In this document: piece after piece, positions 27,688 through 42,700 of the stretch
Layout: the number at the start of each line of letters is the position of its first letter
Position numbering within the stretch: position 1 is the stretch's first letter
DNA from: an uncultured candidate division Zixibacteria bacterium
GTDB taxonomy: Bacteria > Zixibacteria > MSB-5A5 > GN15 > PGXB01
Direction: 5' to 3'
Length of the DNA stretch: 64,000 nt
Assembly (NCBI GenBank): GCA_963702205.1
Contig: OY969724.1
Span: 224,001-288,000 of the forward strand
The notes under the pieces: model-generated
Database searches by the model: none
Seen by the model: only the letters and a program-made list of their open reading frames with translations
What the model was told of the DNA's origin: nothing
Made by a program: the position numbers and the translations under genes

Positions 27688-28680
27688 ATGTCCGAGTTTC
27701 GTCAAAATCGAGCCACCAAAGAGTGGGTTATTATAGCGCCGGGCCGTGGTAAAAGGCCGTCGGATTTCGCCAATGAAGCGGTCAAACGCAAACCCTCGCC
27801 GGAATACAGCGAAAGCTGCCCCTTCTGCCCCGGTCACGAGGCACACACGCCGGACCCGGTATTCCAGATGACCCACGCCGGCCACTGGAAACTCCGAGTA
27901 GTCCCGAACCGCTATGCCGCGCTGTCGCCGGACAAGCCCACCGAAAGGCGCTTCACCGGTTCGTTTCTTTCGGCCGAAGGTTACGGGATCGCCGAGGTCA
28001 TAATCGAAAGCCCGACCCACAACAAGACCATCGCGACCATGTCGGTCAACGAAGTAACCGACGTGATTTCGGCCTACCGCGAACGCCAGCGCGAAATTTC
28101 GCAAAACGGAAATATCAACCTGGTCACGATCTTCCGCAATCACGGCCCCCGCGCGGGGACGTCGCTCGAGCACCCGCACTCGCAGTTGATCGCGACGCCG
28201 ATCGTGCCGCCGCACGTGCGCTATCCGCTGGAGCAGGCGGTTTTGCACTACGACAAGTACGGCACCTGTGTGTACTGCGATAACGTCACCGAGGAGCTCG
28301 AACAGCAGGAAAGAATCATTTTCGAGACGCCGAATTTCGTGGTCTTCTGCCCCTATGCGGCCAATTCACCGTTCGAAACGCGGATATACCCGAAACGTCA
28401 CCAGGCCAGTTTCATGTCGATCAACGACGAGGACGTCGCCGAACTGGCCGGGGCGCTTCAGAAGATTATCGTAAAAATGTACGTCCTTTTGGGCGATCCC
28501 GATTATAATTATATCATTCGCTCGGCCCCGGTCGGCGACGAGCACAGCCGCTACCTGCACTGGTACATGATCATCATACCCAAGATATCGACTCCGGCGG
28601 GGTTCGAGATCGGGTCAGGGATTTATATCAACACGGTCCCGCCCGAAGAAGCTGCGAAATTTCTTCGGGAAGTTTCATGA
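27688..28680 (+). CDS. galT: Galactose-1-phosphate uridylyltransferase
   Basis: CPFCPG, GTSLEHPHSQ (HPH). Confidence 0.92.
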   Translation: MSEFRQNRATKEWVIIAPGRGKRPSDFANEAVKRKPSPEYSESCPFCPGHEAHTPDPVFQMTHAGHWKLRVVPNRYAALSPDKPTERRFTGSFLSAEGYGIAEVIIESPTHNKTIATMSVNEVTDVISAYRERQREISQNGNINLVTIFRNHGPRAGTSLEHPHSQLIATPIVPPHVRYPLEQAVLHYDKYGTCVYCDNVTEELEQQERIIFETPNFVVFCPYAANSPFETRIYPKRHQASFMSINDEDVAELAGALQKIIVKMYVLLGDPDYNYIIRSAPVGDEHSRYLHWYMIIIPKISTPAGFEIGSGIYINTVPPEEAAKFLREVS

Positions 28681-28694
28681 AGGTTCCAATGCAT

Positions 28695-28722
28695 AAAAAA
28701 ACCCCGATTTTAGTCGGGGTTT
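28695..28722. terminator. Bidirectional terminator
   Basis: A-tract-CCCCGA-TTTTAG-TCGGGG-TTT between convergent genes. Confidence 0.7.
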
Positions 28723-28811
28723 AATGTGTATCTACAATCCGTTATGCCGATATCGGCATAGTTATTGAGTAAGCGGCCGATTATACGGCCGAATAAATGT
28801 CAAATCATGGA

Positions 28812-29087
28812 TTAGTAGCGGCGGTTGTTCCGGTTACCGCTGTCCGGGCGCGGGCGTGCTTCACTGATGTTCATTGCGCGTCCGTCCATCTCTTTGCTGT
28901 TAAGCCCTTCGATGGCGGCTTTGGCTTCGCTGTCACTGGACATCTCGACGAATCCAAATCCTTTGGCTCTGCCGGTATCTCTGTCCGTAATGATGTTGAC
29001 GCTGGTTACTTCGCCATAGCTTTCGAAAGCCTGACGAATTTGATCTTCGGTCGTATCGAACGACATGTTGCCTACATAGATTTTCAT
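28812..29087 (-). CDS. RRM RNA-binding protein
   Basis: RNP2 IYVGNM and RNP1 KGFGFVEM. Confidence 0.93.
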   Translation of the reverse strand: MKIYVGNMSFDTTEDQIRQAFESYGEVTSVNIITDRDTGRAKGFGFVEMSSDSEAKAAIEGLNSKEMDGRAMNISEARPRPDSGNRNNRRY

Positions 29088-29267
29088 TCTATGCTCCATT
29101 CTTCGCTTATCCCGGCCGCTGATTTCGTCAAACGAAATCACGGCATACGAGATAAACAATTCATGCGCGTAATTGCGCGTCGGTCCCGGGATTCAGCTTT
29201 TTATGGAGTACGTAAGAAACAAGATCGTCTTCATCAAAGCAGAGGCGGAAACGAATTCTAACGATTA

Positions 29268-29296
29268 AGTATATCGTCATTTACATATAAAGTCAA
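29268..29296 (-). promoter_or_regulatory. Sigma70 promoter TTGACT-N17-TATACT
   Basis: Near-consensus boxes about 180 nt upstream of the RRM start. Confidence 0.6.
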
Positions 29297-29451
29297 CACA
29301 TATTTGGAGCAATTAGTTTCAATATATTTTTAAAAGGCCGGCAGTTTATTCGCTGAAAACTATGCAATGCATTCTCCGGCATGGCATTAAAGGAATTGTC
29401 CGGCAATAAAAAAACCGCCCGAAGGCGGCTTTGAATTTCGGGAATTATGGT

Positions 29452-29940
29452 CTAATTCCATGTAAACGGGTAAGCGCTGTTGTCGAGCTTGATGCCGACC
29501 GTATCGGCGCCGTCGGTCACGACCTGTACCTGATAGATGATATACCGCTGTCCCCCGTTCATCCAACCACCGGAAATGGAGGATTTGGGGTTGTACATAA
29601 TCCAGTTACCCGATGATCTGAACGACCAGGACCCGTCGGGTGTATTGGCCACCGTAACCGGATCGTTGGCACCTTTGTAATTGGCCGGGACGTTGGAAAG
29701 ATCATCGAACGGATTGTGGACGGCTACCGTCCCGCCGTTGAGGAACTGACGGGCGGTGTACATCGACATGGCCGACTCGAGGGACGCAACCATGTTGGCG
29801 ACGGAAGCCTGTTCGGCTTCCTGTGTCACCGAAAACAGTTTGGGGATTGCCACTGCCGCCAGAATACCGAGGATGACGATAATGACAACCAGTTCGACCA
29901 GCGTAAAACCACGTTTGGATTGCAACAACTTTATAGACAT
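29452..29940 (-). CDS. Type IV pilin / pseudopilin
   Basis: KRG-FTLVELVVIIVILGILAAVAIP prepilin motif. Confidence 0.9.
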   Translation of the reverse strand: MSIKLLQSKRGFTLVELVVIIVILGILAAVAIPKLFSVTQEAEQASVANMVASLESAMSMYTARQFLNGGTVAVHNPFDDLSNVPANYKGANDPVTVANTPDGSWSFRSSGNWIMYNPKSSISGGWMNGGQRYIIYQVQVVTDGADTVGIKLDNSAYPFTWN

Positions 29941-30066
29941 ATCCAACTCCAGGATGAAATAATTTTTATTATTTCTCCAATTATCGGAAAGATTCGTGAG
30001 TTATTTAGGGAAAAACCTCCGGTGATTCAACCTGTTGTCACTCACAACTTTACAAAATGGACAGGA

Positions 30067-32199
30067 TCAGTCCGGCTGAGACCTCATGGACAACGAAATG
30101 CGTTTGCGGGCGACGTCTATGTCAAGAACTCGGACGGTTACCTTCTGATGGACCTTGACAATTTCGGCCGGGTCCTTGACAAAGCGGTCGGCCAGTTCGC
30201 TGATGTGCACGAGGCCGTCGTTGTGAACGCCGATATCGACAAAGGCCCCGAAGGCGGCGACGTTGGTGACAATCCCCGGCAGAACCATGCCGACCTGGAG
30301 GTCTTCGACGCCGTTAACCGATTCCTCGAAACTGAAAGATTCGTACTCGGCGCGCGGATCGCGGCCCGGTTTGGCGAGTTCATCCATAATGTCGTTCAAC
30401 GTCGGGAGTCCGACGGTCTCGGTGGCGTAGTTTTTCAAGGCTATTTTTTCACGCAGTTTTGCATCGTGCATGAGGTCAGTTACGGTACAGCCGAGATCGT
30501 CGGCCATTTTTTCGACGATATGATAGCTCTCCGGGTGGACGGCGCTTTTGTCCAGCGGATTTTTCGATTCGGCGATGCGCAGAAACCCGGCCGCCTGCTC
30601 GTATGCTTTCGGTCCGAGGCGCGGCACTTTCCTGAGTTTGTCCCGCGAGACAAACGGTCCGTTGTCGCGCCGGAAGTCGATAACATTTTGAGCCAGGACC
30701 GGGCCGAGCCCGGAGACGTACGTTAATAGCTGTTTGCTGGCGGTGTTGACTTCCACTCCGACAGCGTTGACGCAGCTTACGACGGTATCATCGAGGCTTT
30801 GTTTGAGTGCGGTCTGGTCGACGTCGTGCTGGTACTGACCGACCCCGATGGATTTCGGGTCGATTTTAACCAGTTCCGCCAGGGGGTCCATCAGGCGGCG
30901 GCCGATCGAAACCGCACCGCGCACGGTGACGTCGTAGTCGGAAAATTCCTCGCGCGCCACCTCGGACGCGGAGTATACCGAGGCGCCGGCTTCGCTGACC
31001 GACTCGATCGAAATGTGCTCCGGCAGTCCGATTTCGCGGACAAATTTTTCGGTCTCGCGGCTGGCGGTGCCATTGCCGATGGCAATCACCTTGATTTTAT
31101 ACTTATCGCACAGGGCTTTGACATCAACGGCGGCGTCGCGGCGCTGTTTGTCGCTGCCGTGGGGATATATGGTCAGATTGTGTTCGAGGCCGCCCTGATC
31201 ATCGAGACAGACGACCTTACAGCCGGTGCGAAAACCGGGATCGATGGCGAGGATGTTTTTCCGTCCCAGCGGCGGGGCCATGAGAAGTTCGCGCAGGTTC
31301 GACGCAAAAACGCGGATGGCCTCGGTGTCGGCCTCCGTCCGGGACTGGACGCGGGCCTCGGTTTCCATGGCCGGGCCGAGCAGGCGTTTGTAGCCGTCGG
31401 CGATGGCGAGACGAACCTGTTCGGTGCAGGTATTGTCGGAAATTAAAAAGACTTTTTCGATAATGTCGATGGCTTCAATTTCGTCGGGTTCGATTTTGAA
31501 CGACAGAACGCCTTCGGCTTCACCGCGACGGATCGCCAGAACGCGGTGCGACGGGGCGTCGGCCAGTGGTTCCTCCCACTCGAAATAATCTGAAAATTTC
31601 GCCCCGGATTCTTCTTTACCCGATAAGACCCTGGAACGTATGAAGGCGCGTTTCAGGAACAAATCACGCAGCTTGGCGCGGACGTCCGCGTCCTCGTTGA
31701 TCCAGGCGGCGATAATATCGCGCGCACCCGAGAGGGCATCGTCGATGGTCAGGACTTCCTTTTCAGGATCGATATATTTTTCGGCCTCTTTTTCGGCATT
31801 GATGCCTTCCTCCTGCGCGAAAATCAGCTCGGCCAGAGGCTGGAGGCCTTTTTCAACTGCGATGGTCGCCCGCGTGCGCCTTTTGGGTTTGAATGGAAGA
31901 TAGATATCCTCCAGCTCGGCCATCGACGAGGCCGCATCGATTTTGGCCTTCAGTTCATCGGTAAGGAGCTCACGCTCTTCGAGCGATTTCAAGATAGCTT
32001 CGCGGCGTTTATCGAGCTCGCGCAATTGATGCAGGCGGTCACGAATCGAGGTGATCGCGACTTCATCGAGCGACCCGGTCGCTTCTTTGCGATAGCGGGC
32101 AATAAACGGGACGGTGGCGTCCTGATCGAGAAGATTTATGGCGGCCAGAACCTGATGGGATTTTATCCTCAGTTCTCCGGCGATAATTTCGGTATGCAT
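30067..32199 (-). CDS. tex: Tex family transcriptional accessory protein
   Basis: ATVPFIARYRKEATG, IDPGFRTGCK, IGVGQYQHD, C-terminal S1 domain. Confidence 0.95.
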   Translation of the reverse strand: MHTEIIAGELRIKSHQVLAAINLLDQDATVPFIARYRKEATGSLDEVAITSIRDRLHQLRELDKRREAILKSLEERELLTDELKAKIDAASSMAELEDIYLPFKPKRRTRATIAVEKGLQPLAELIFAQEEGINAEKEAEKYIDPEKEVLTIDDALSGARDIIAAWINEDADVRAKLRDLFLKRAFIRSRVLSGKEESGAKFSDYFEWEEPLADAPSHRVLAIRRGEAEGVLSFKIEPDEIEAIDIIEKVFLISDNTCTEQVRLAIADGYKRLLGPAMETEARVQSRTEADTEAIRVFASNLRELLMAPPLGRKNILAIDPGFRTGCKVVCLDDQGGLEHNLTIYPHGSDKQRRDAAVDVKALCDKYKIKVIAIGNGTASRETEKFVREIGLPEHISIESVSEAGASVYSASEVAREEFSDYDVTVRGAVSIGRRLMDPLAELVKIDPKSIGVGQYQHDVDQTALKQSLDDTVVSCVNAVGVEVNTASKQLLTYVSGLGPVLAQNVIDFRRDNGPFVSRDKLRKVPRLGPKAYEQAAGFLRIAESKNPLDKSAVHPESYHIVEKMADDLGCTVTDLMHDAKLREKIALKNYATETVGLPTLNDIMDELAKPGRDPRAEYESFSFEESVNGVEDLQVGMVLPGIVTNVAAFGAFVDIGVHNDGLVHISELADRFVKDPAEIVKVHQKVTVRVLDIDVARKRISLSMRSQPD

Positions 32200-33556
32200 G
32201 TGATAACCTATAAATATCTTGTTGTCGGGTTTCTCTTCCCGATAAATCGGGACTCGGAACCCGACCTACCTCTGTGCATTCCCCGATAAAATACGACTTT
32301 CCCGGTAAAAATAAAGGCCCAATCGGGCCTTTATAAAAAAATTTAACTTTCTCAGCGAGGAATAACACCCGCAATTTCCATCAGGATATCATCGCAACGC
32401 ACACGGCGCCGGCCCCGGGGGATCATTGTATAGATGATCTATCAAATACAGGATATCGACCAGGTTAACCAACCGATCACAGTTGGTATCGCCGGCAGTG
32501 ATCGGATACGGTTCCGGGCCGGGCGGGTCGCTATATAAATATGCAATCAGATATAAAATGTCTATGAGATTGACTGTATCATCACGGGAGGCATCGCCAT
32601 TGTTGAAATGATAACTTTCGATGACTTCATAACCAAGAGTGTCGGCCGTACCCGAGGCCGGGACATCGGCATTCTCGACAATTATGGCCTGAAGAGAACC
32701 ATCGATGCGAATGCCAATACCGTATAAAGAACCCGGAGGCGGATCGCCTTGCGGGTGCACGATAATTATATAGTTGCCCTCAAGCGGGTACTGAATGGTT
32801 ATCGAATCGTGGACGATATCTTCGTAAGTGGCATTGCTGCCTATTGTATTGAAGAATGTATTGTCTGAAAGCTTGCCAATACTATCACTTGCCGGATCGA
32901 TTACTTGCAGGTTTATCGGTGAGTAGCCGACAATTATCAGCGGCGTCGGAACCAGGTTGAAATTGGGAGCGAATTCTGACGTATTGCCGAGGGTGTCGGT
33001 GGCAGTTGCGGTAATCAATGAAAAGTACGGGACCGTATTACTGATCTGATATTCGAAATCACCGTTTTCGTCGGCCGTGTCCGAACCGATGTACGAGTAC
33101 GCCTCACCATAGCCGGAGGGATCGGCCGGTTTGGATGTATCACCTTCGGGATGCGCCACAAAAAACTCGATTATGGCGCTGTCGGCGGCTGTACCATAAA
33201 CTCTGAATGTACTATCCGGATTCATGAAAAGAGAATCAATTTGGGGGTAGTTGAGCAGATTATTAGGCCCGCTGTCGCCATCACCGGGATCATTGGCTGT
33301 CACGCCATCATCGTTCAAGTCGATGCCCAACAGGCCATTGTTATAAATTAAATTGTTGGAGATAGTATTGTTGTGCGCACTACCGGTTACTTCAATACCA
33401 TTACCGGGGAAGTTGCGGATAGTCAGGCCTTCGATGGTGTTGTATGAACTCTGAATTCTGAGTCCCGACCCCGTGCTTTTACCCAGCAAAGAACCATCAA
33501 GAACAACCGAATTCGCTCCGCTGGGGGCGCTTGAACCGATAATGAGGGTACTATCA

Positions 33557-34874
33557 GGGAGTGTACGGAATTTTGTGTAAGCGGCCGGTTCATGTGTTTT
33601 CGATCCTTCCCTCGAAGACGATGCAGAAGTGATTAAGGGCCGCCACCCAGTCCTTGATCGGACGCTTCCATTTTTTCGAGATTCTTTGTATCGCCAGGTA
33701 GATCACCTTTCTGACTGATTCCACCGTCGGGAACGAGCCGCGATTCCGCGTCACCTTGCGCAACTGAGCATTCATCGACTCGATGGCGTTGGTCGTATAG
33801 ATAACCTTTCGAATCTCTTTGGGGTAGCTAAAAAACGGGATGATGTTCATCCAGCAGGACCGCCATGAGCGGGCGATCTGCGGGAAACGGTCCCGGTATG
33901 TGGCCTCGAACGCCGTCAGGGCCTGCTCGGCGGCTTCTTCGTTGGGCGCCGAGTAGATCGTCTTGAGATCGGCCGCGACCGCCTTGCGCTCTTTCCAACC
34001 GACATACTTCAGCGAGTTGCGCACCATGTGCACGAGACATAACTGCACCTGGGTCTGCGGAAAGGCCGTCTCAATCGCATCAGGGAACCCCGTCAGACCA
34101 TCGACACAGGCAATCAGGATGTCCCGAACGCCCCGGTTCTTAAGCTCCGTCAGCACCGACAGCCAGAACTTCGAACCCTCCTGATCGCCGACCCACAAAC
34201 CCAAGAGTTCCTTGTAACCCTCCGGCGTGATCCCCAAGGCCAAATAGACCGCCTGGTTTTTGACCTGGCCGCTCTGACGAAGCTTCAGGTGGATGGCGTC
34301 CAGATAGACGATCGGGTAGACCGCCTCCAGCGGCCGACTCTGCCACACCGTCACCTCCTGAAGCACGGCGTCCGTCACCGCCGAAATCAAGGCCGGGGAA
34401 ACCTCCGACTGGTACATCTCCTCAAGATGACCCTGGATATCCCGCGTCGTCAAACCCCGAGCGTACAGCGCCAACACCTTGTCGTCGAAACCGGGCAGGC
34501 GCCGCTGGTGCTTTTTAACCAACTGCGGCTCGAACTCGCCGTTCCGGTCCCGCGGAATCTCCAGCGTAACATCTGCCGACCCGGTCTTGACCGTCTTGCT
34601 GGTTTTGCCGTTGCGAGAGTTGCCGCTGTTTTTGCCTTCGGGAGCATTGGGCGGATAGCCCAAGTGATGCGTCATCTCACCTGCGAGGGCGCGCTCATAC
34701 ACCCGTTTCGTGAGCGCCTGCAGAAGACCGCCCTCACCCACTATCTCTTCCGGCGTCTTGCCGGCGATCATCTCGTCGATCAGTTTGTCAGCTTCGTCAC
34801 GTTTCTTGGCCATGATATACCTCCTTCAACTATATATACGTCATGGCCACTTACACAAAAATATTTACACGCGC
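33557..34874 (-). mobile_element. IS256-family insertion sequence
   Basis: Imperfect TIRs GGGAGTGTACGGAATTTTGTGTAAG / GCGCGTGTAAATATTTTTGTGTAAG; 8-bp TSD TACTATCA (33549-33556, 34875-34882). Confidence 0.95.
33590..34813 (-). CDS. IS256 transposase
   Basis: NSRNG, PRDRNGEFEP, VYLDA, VDGLTGF, YTTNAIES. Confidence 0.96.
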   Translation of the reverse strand: MAKKRDEADKLIDEMIAGKTPEEIVGEGGLLQALTKRVYERALAGEMTHHLGYPPNAPEGKNSGNSRNGKTSKTVKTGSADVTLEIPRDRNGEFEPQLVKKHQRRLPGFDDKVLALYARGLTTRDIQGHLEEMYQSEVSPALISAVTDAVLQEVTVWQSRPLEAVYPIVYLDAIHLKLRQSGQVKNQAVYLALGITPEGYKELLGLWVGDQEGSKFWLSVLTELKNRGVRDILIACVDGLTGFPDAIETAFPQTQVQLCLVHMVRNSLKYVGWKERKAVAADLKTIYSAPNEEAAEQALTAFEATYRDRFPQIARSWRSCWMNIIPFFSYPKEIRKVIYTTNAIESMNAQLRKVTRNRGSFPTVESVRKVIYLAIQRISKKWKRPIKDWVAALNHFCIVFEGRIENT

Positions 34875-37306
34875 TACTATCATCGCTAACGGCTGAAAGC
34901 GGAGTCGTCAATTGAATAGCCCGCCAAATGCAAAGGCAATGACATCAAAACCCGGATTAGCATTTGCGGAGTCAATTGCAGCCAAAAGACTTCCGTATCC
35001 CGCAGAATAATCATTGGACACTGTAATTATACTGGGAATCTTGGTAACAAACATATCCGGTCCAATTTCCAAATCTGAATCCCAGGCATTCCAAGCAGGA
35101 AAATCGGTTGAAAAACTATATCCCGTGACAAATATACTATTATCATCGCCCAAGGCCAACTGCAGCCCATAATCCGCCAAGTTGCCACCCAAATATGTAC
35201 TATAAGTCAGACTATCCCCATTTGAATTCAGCCGTGTGACAAACGCATCCGGAGGCCCACCCAAATTTGGTTGGTAGGCCACTTTAGTCGGGAAATCATT
35301 AGAATGAGTTTCGCCTGTAATATATACGCGATAATTGGCATCAACGGCCGCATCCCATCCAAAGTCGACGTTGTTACCACCAATGTATGTGCTATAAGTA
35401 AGTGCATCACCGGAAGCATTAAATTTCGTAATAAATGCATCCCAGGAGTCTTGATCCCCATATATTGGATTTTGAGTAGGAAAATCGCTTGATAATGTCC
35501 TTCCTGTTATGTACGCACAATTTTCCAGGTCTACAGCTATGCCATAGCCATTTTCTTCATCGGTCCCTCCCAGGTATGTGCTATATATTAGGGCTCCACC
35601 ATCTTGGCCTAATTTGGAAACAAACACATCTATGTTGCCATTATAACTGCTATCAAATGCGTTTAGAAGCGAAAAATCAATAGAATTGGTGACCCCCGTA
35701 ACATAGGCAAATCCTTCACTGTCTATGGCAATTGCGTTAGCATAATCATAATCCGATCCCCCAAGATATGTACTATAAATCAGAGTGTTTCCCGTGGCAC
35801 TGAATTTGGTAACAAAAGCATCTCGATTATCCATTATACTGTCGTATGCACCTTCCGTTATTGGCAAATCGGATGAATTCGTCTCACCAGCAACATATGC
35901 GCAATTATATTTATCAACAACAATGCTGCCACCACGGCCGTAAGCGTTATCAGAGCCGTTTCCACCAAGGTATGTGCTATAAACAAGAGCATCCCCATTT
36001 GGGCCAATTTTCGTGACAAAGGCATCATACCAATTTGATTTTATATTATTGTATGGATCCTGCATTGGAAAATCATCGGAAAGGGTGGTTCCGGTAATAT
36101 AAGCACAACCGCTTCCATCGACAGCTATATCCTTTCCTTCTTCATAATCTCCTCCTCCCAAATATGTGCTATAAACAAGAGTCATTCCGGAAGGCGAAAA
36201 TTTGCTGACGACAACATCCCGATCGCCTTGATTTGTCTGAAATGAGCCAGGAGTTGTTGGAAAATTCGTAGATTCTGTATGTCCTGCCACGTAGGCCGCT
36301 CCAGAGGCATCCACGGCAATACCGTTGCTCCAATCTCCACCATTGCCGCCGAGGAATGTACTGTACGACAACACCGGGTCGATTACAAGTGCAAATTCAT
36401 CATCGTAGACGCCATCCAGTTCAAACCCGAACCGGTTATCACCTATCATGGTATACGTACATTCTATCGGTACGCTCCTGCCATCGATTTCCTGATATAC
36501 CAATGGTTCATGTTCAATAACTTTTCCCCAGTCGGTTTCCACAACCAATTCGCCTTCGGAATTGACGGAAATAGATATCGCGCCTTCATAATTTATGGCA
36601 ATTTGTGATGGATCGGCTCCGGGAGAGACGATGAAATCATATTCCATCTGTTTGCCATTGCCGTAATATTTCAAGTCGATTCCTGCATAAACGTTTTTAT
36701 AAACTATCGACTCATAATTGGGTACATCGGTGCACCATTTAGCCGGATCATTTCCAATGAAGTAATTACATTTATATTCCATCAGCCCTTGTCCTGACAA
36801 CGCAGGATTTAGAGTGGTGCCTATGAATGAAGCTTTGATTATCAGTGTCTCAATGCTGTCGGGCGCGTTGACGATACGATCGACGGGGTCAATATCGTGA
36901 ATTCCGCTTTCGCCGCCGGTCAACGAAAAATCCTCTCCTTGCATTCGTCTAGTAAACTGGTAATAGACACCATTTGTCGTAAACCACATCCTTGCGCCAC
37001 CGGAATTTGCCCGAAAAAGAACATTATTCGGCCACTGGCCATCATTTTCAGTAAATGCCAACGGCATTGACGATAAATTTCGTAGAGTTCGGATTTCATG
37101 CCAGGATTCATTTGTCACCGAAAACAGCGTTGGACATATGAACATCACTAATGGCACTACGATTCCAATAATCCTGAAAGGATTGAAATTTAATTTCATA
37201 GTCTTCTCCCGCCTGAAAAGAGTTGAGCGAATATTACTCAGGGCGTGCTCAAGACCCATATGATAATATATCCAATTAGCGCGCATTGGCAACAGGCTTT
37301 TCTAAC

Positions 37307-39640
<2,334 letters not shown>

Positions 39641-39735
39641 ATTGACTCCCAAACTGCAGGCGGAAAGTGTTTAACCTGTAAAGATGAATCTATATTGTCA
39701 ATATACGGCAACCCCCGGAATTTGTCAAAATTATT

Positions 39736-42700
39736 TTATAAATCCAACTGGCACGGCGCCGGGCCCGGAGGATCGTTATACAAATTCGCTATTAAGTACA
39801 GAATATCGATCAGATTAACCAGCCTGTCGCAGTTGGCGTCGCCCGCAGTCACCGGATCGGGCGCCGGACCGGGCGGGTTATTGTACAAATATCCTATCAA
39901 ATATAAAACGTCCAGAAGGTTGACGGTGTCGTCGCGCGAGGCATCGCCGTTGGAGAAATGATAGCCCTCGATGACTTCATAACCGAGCGTGTCGGCCGTA
40001 CCGGACGCCGGGACGTTGGCGTTTTTGACCACTATAGCCTGAAGAGAACCGTCGATGCGTATGCCAATAGAGTAGAGCGAGCCCGGCGGCGGGTCTCCCT
40101 GAGGATGTACGATCACAATATATTCGCCTTCGAGCGGGTACTGGATGGTTATCGAATCGTGCTCTGCATCATCGTATGTTGCAGTAGTTTTGATCGTATT
40201 GAAGTATGTATTGTCAGAAAGCTTGCCGATGCTGTCGCCGACGGGGTCGATGACCTGGAGATTTATGGGCGAATAGCCTACAATAATCAGTGGCGTTGGG
40301 ATCAGATAGAAGTTCGGAGCGAACTCGGAGGTATTGCCAAGAGTATCCGTAGCGGTTGCGGTAATAAGCGAAAAATACGGAACTGTATTGTCTATCATAT
40401 ATTCGAAATCGCCGTTATTGTCGGCGGTATCCGAACCGATGTATGACCATGCCTCACCGTAACCGGATGGATCGGCCGGCTTGGTGGTATCGCCTTCGGG
40501 GTGAGCCACGAAAAATTCTATGATGGCACTGTCGGCGGCAGTGCCGTAGACGCGAAATGTACTGTCGGGATTCATGAAGAGAGAATCGATTTTGGGATAG
40601 TTGAGCAGATCGTTGGGGCCGGTGTCGCCGTCGCCGGGATCGTTGACCGTCACACCGTTGGCACCGAGATCTATACCCAGCCCGCCATTATATTTAAGTA
40701 TATTCTTTGTTATAGTTACAAAGTGCGACTCGGGCGATGATCCGCTAAGACCAATTCCGATAGTACCATTTCCGGCAATCGTATTTTCACCGATAAGAAC
40801 ACTGTCACAATGGAACAAGAACAGGCCTTCATATACCGAGCCGTCTATAATATTATTGTTCACCAATGAATGCGGGCAACTGTCGAGCGTGATACCAAAA
40901 TTATTGGGAATCGTATCTGATAAATTGGCGGCCAGACCGAAAACATTTCCGATAATTTCCGTACCAGGCGATTCCATGCCATTGATTCCCCAAGTGCAGC
41001 CTCCGATATAATTGCCGCAGGATATGTCGCCGATTTTGTTTCCGTACATCGGCCCCGAAGGCCAGAGGGTTATTCCGAACCCGTGAGAATAAACCGGGGT
41101 AAAAGCGCCCCCGGATGAATTGATTCCGATATAATTACCAATGACAAGATTGCTGTCGTTATTAAGAGTAACTCCCGTCTCCTCCTGCCAGGCGGGGACA
41201 CCGGCGGGGGCGATAACATTGCGGTCTTCAGGCGCGCAGCCGCCTATAACGTTATGTTTGCCGTTAACGAAAATAGAGCTACCGTATTCTGAGGCGGCCC
41301 GATTCAGACCGGTTTCATCAGTTCCTACAAAACATCCGGCGACCGTATCATATTGCCCGGCCATACCGATAGTTCCATATTTCAGAACGATATCTCTTAA
41401 TAGACAATGATCTCCCGTCATTCCTATTCCGTAAGCATTGACACCGTCGATTATGACACTTCGTGCACCACCGGGAGCGGTGCCGCCGAGAATGAGAGTG
41501 CTATCGTCGGTAAGTTCGAGCGGTGATGCCAGGGTGATCGTCCCGCTGATGGCAAACGTAATCGTATCCGGCCCGGGGATAGCGTTTAGATTTTCGAGAG
41601 ACCAGCGAAGGCTGCCGACACCTGCATCGGCGGTGCTTTGTACCTGATCAAATGGAAGTCTCAGCTTGGAAATAAAGACATCATAAGCACCGTTAAACGA
41701 TCCGTCGTACTCGTTTTCGAGCGGAAAATCCGAAGAATAGGTAGGACCGGTCACATACGCGCTGCCGAAAATATCCACCGCGATATTATCGCCCCGATCG
41801 GTCAAGGTCCCACCGAGAAACGAACTGTATTCCAGCGCGTCACCACCCGGAGACAGCTTGGTCACAAATGCATCTTTGCCGTTCTGGGCGGCGTCATACG
41901 CATTTAGGGTCGGAAAATCAGAGGATGAGGTCTGCCCCGTTATGTAGGCGCACCCGAGAGCATCGACCGCCACGGCCCAGCTTTCGTCGTCGTCGTTTCC
42001 GCCAAGGTATGTGCTGTATTCCGGGGCAGTACCGCTGGAAGACATTTTCGTGACGAAAGCGTCATAATTACCATTCAGATCCGAATCGTACGGATTCTCC
42101 GTTGGAAAATCAACGGAATGAGTGACTCCTGACACGTACGCTTTCCCGGTGGCATCAAGCGCCAGGCCCAGGGCATAGTCGTCGTCCGTTCCCCCAAGGT
42201 ATGTGCTGTATATCAGAGTAAGGCCGTCGGCGGTGAATTTTGTAACGAAGGCGTCGTTCGTACCGCCCAATGAGCCGTCGTACGAGTTCACTGTCGGGAA
42301 GTCGGAAGAATAAGACAGCCCGACCACGTAAATCTGGCCGGACGCGTTCACGGCAATACCATATCCTTGATCCTCCTGACCACCGCCCAAATACGTGCTG
42401 TATTCGAGGGCATCGCCGGTCTGGGATAATTTCGTGATAAAGACATCGGAGGTCCCGCCGAGACTTCCATCGTAAGCCGCCTCGGTGGGAAAATCGGAGG
42501 AATAGGTATAACCAGTCATATATGCGTAGCCGAGGTTGTCGACGGCAATCGCCATACCGTCATCGTTGTCACTACCGCCCAGATATGTACTGTATTCGAG
42601 AGCGCTTCCATCGGGAGATAATTTGGCTATAAAAACGTCATCTCCGCCGTTGTAACCGGAATCGTACGCGTTTTCCGTCGGGAAATCCGAAGATGAAGTT

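Larger units (their letters stand above)
32389..37199 (-). pseudogene. SBBP beta-propeller / beta-helix / dockerin-like secreted protein, split by IS256 and a frameshift
   Basis: YSTYLGG repeats in 34908-37199; dockerin-like tail in 32389-33489; the halves rejoin and align with paralog 39736-43746. Confidence 0.85.
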
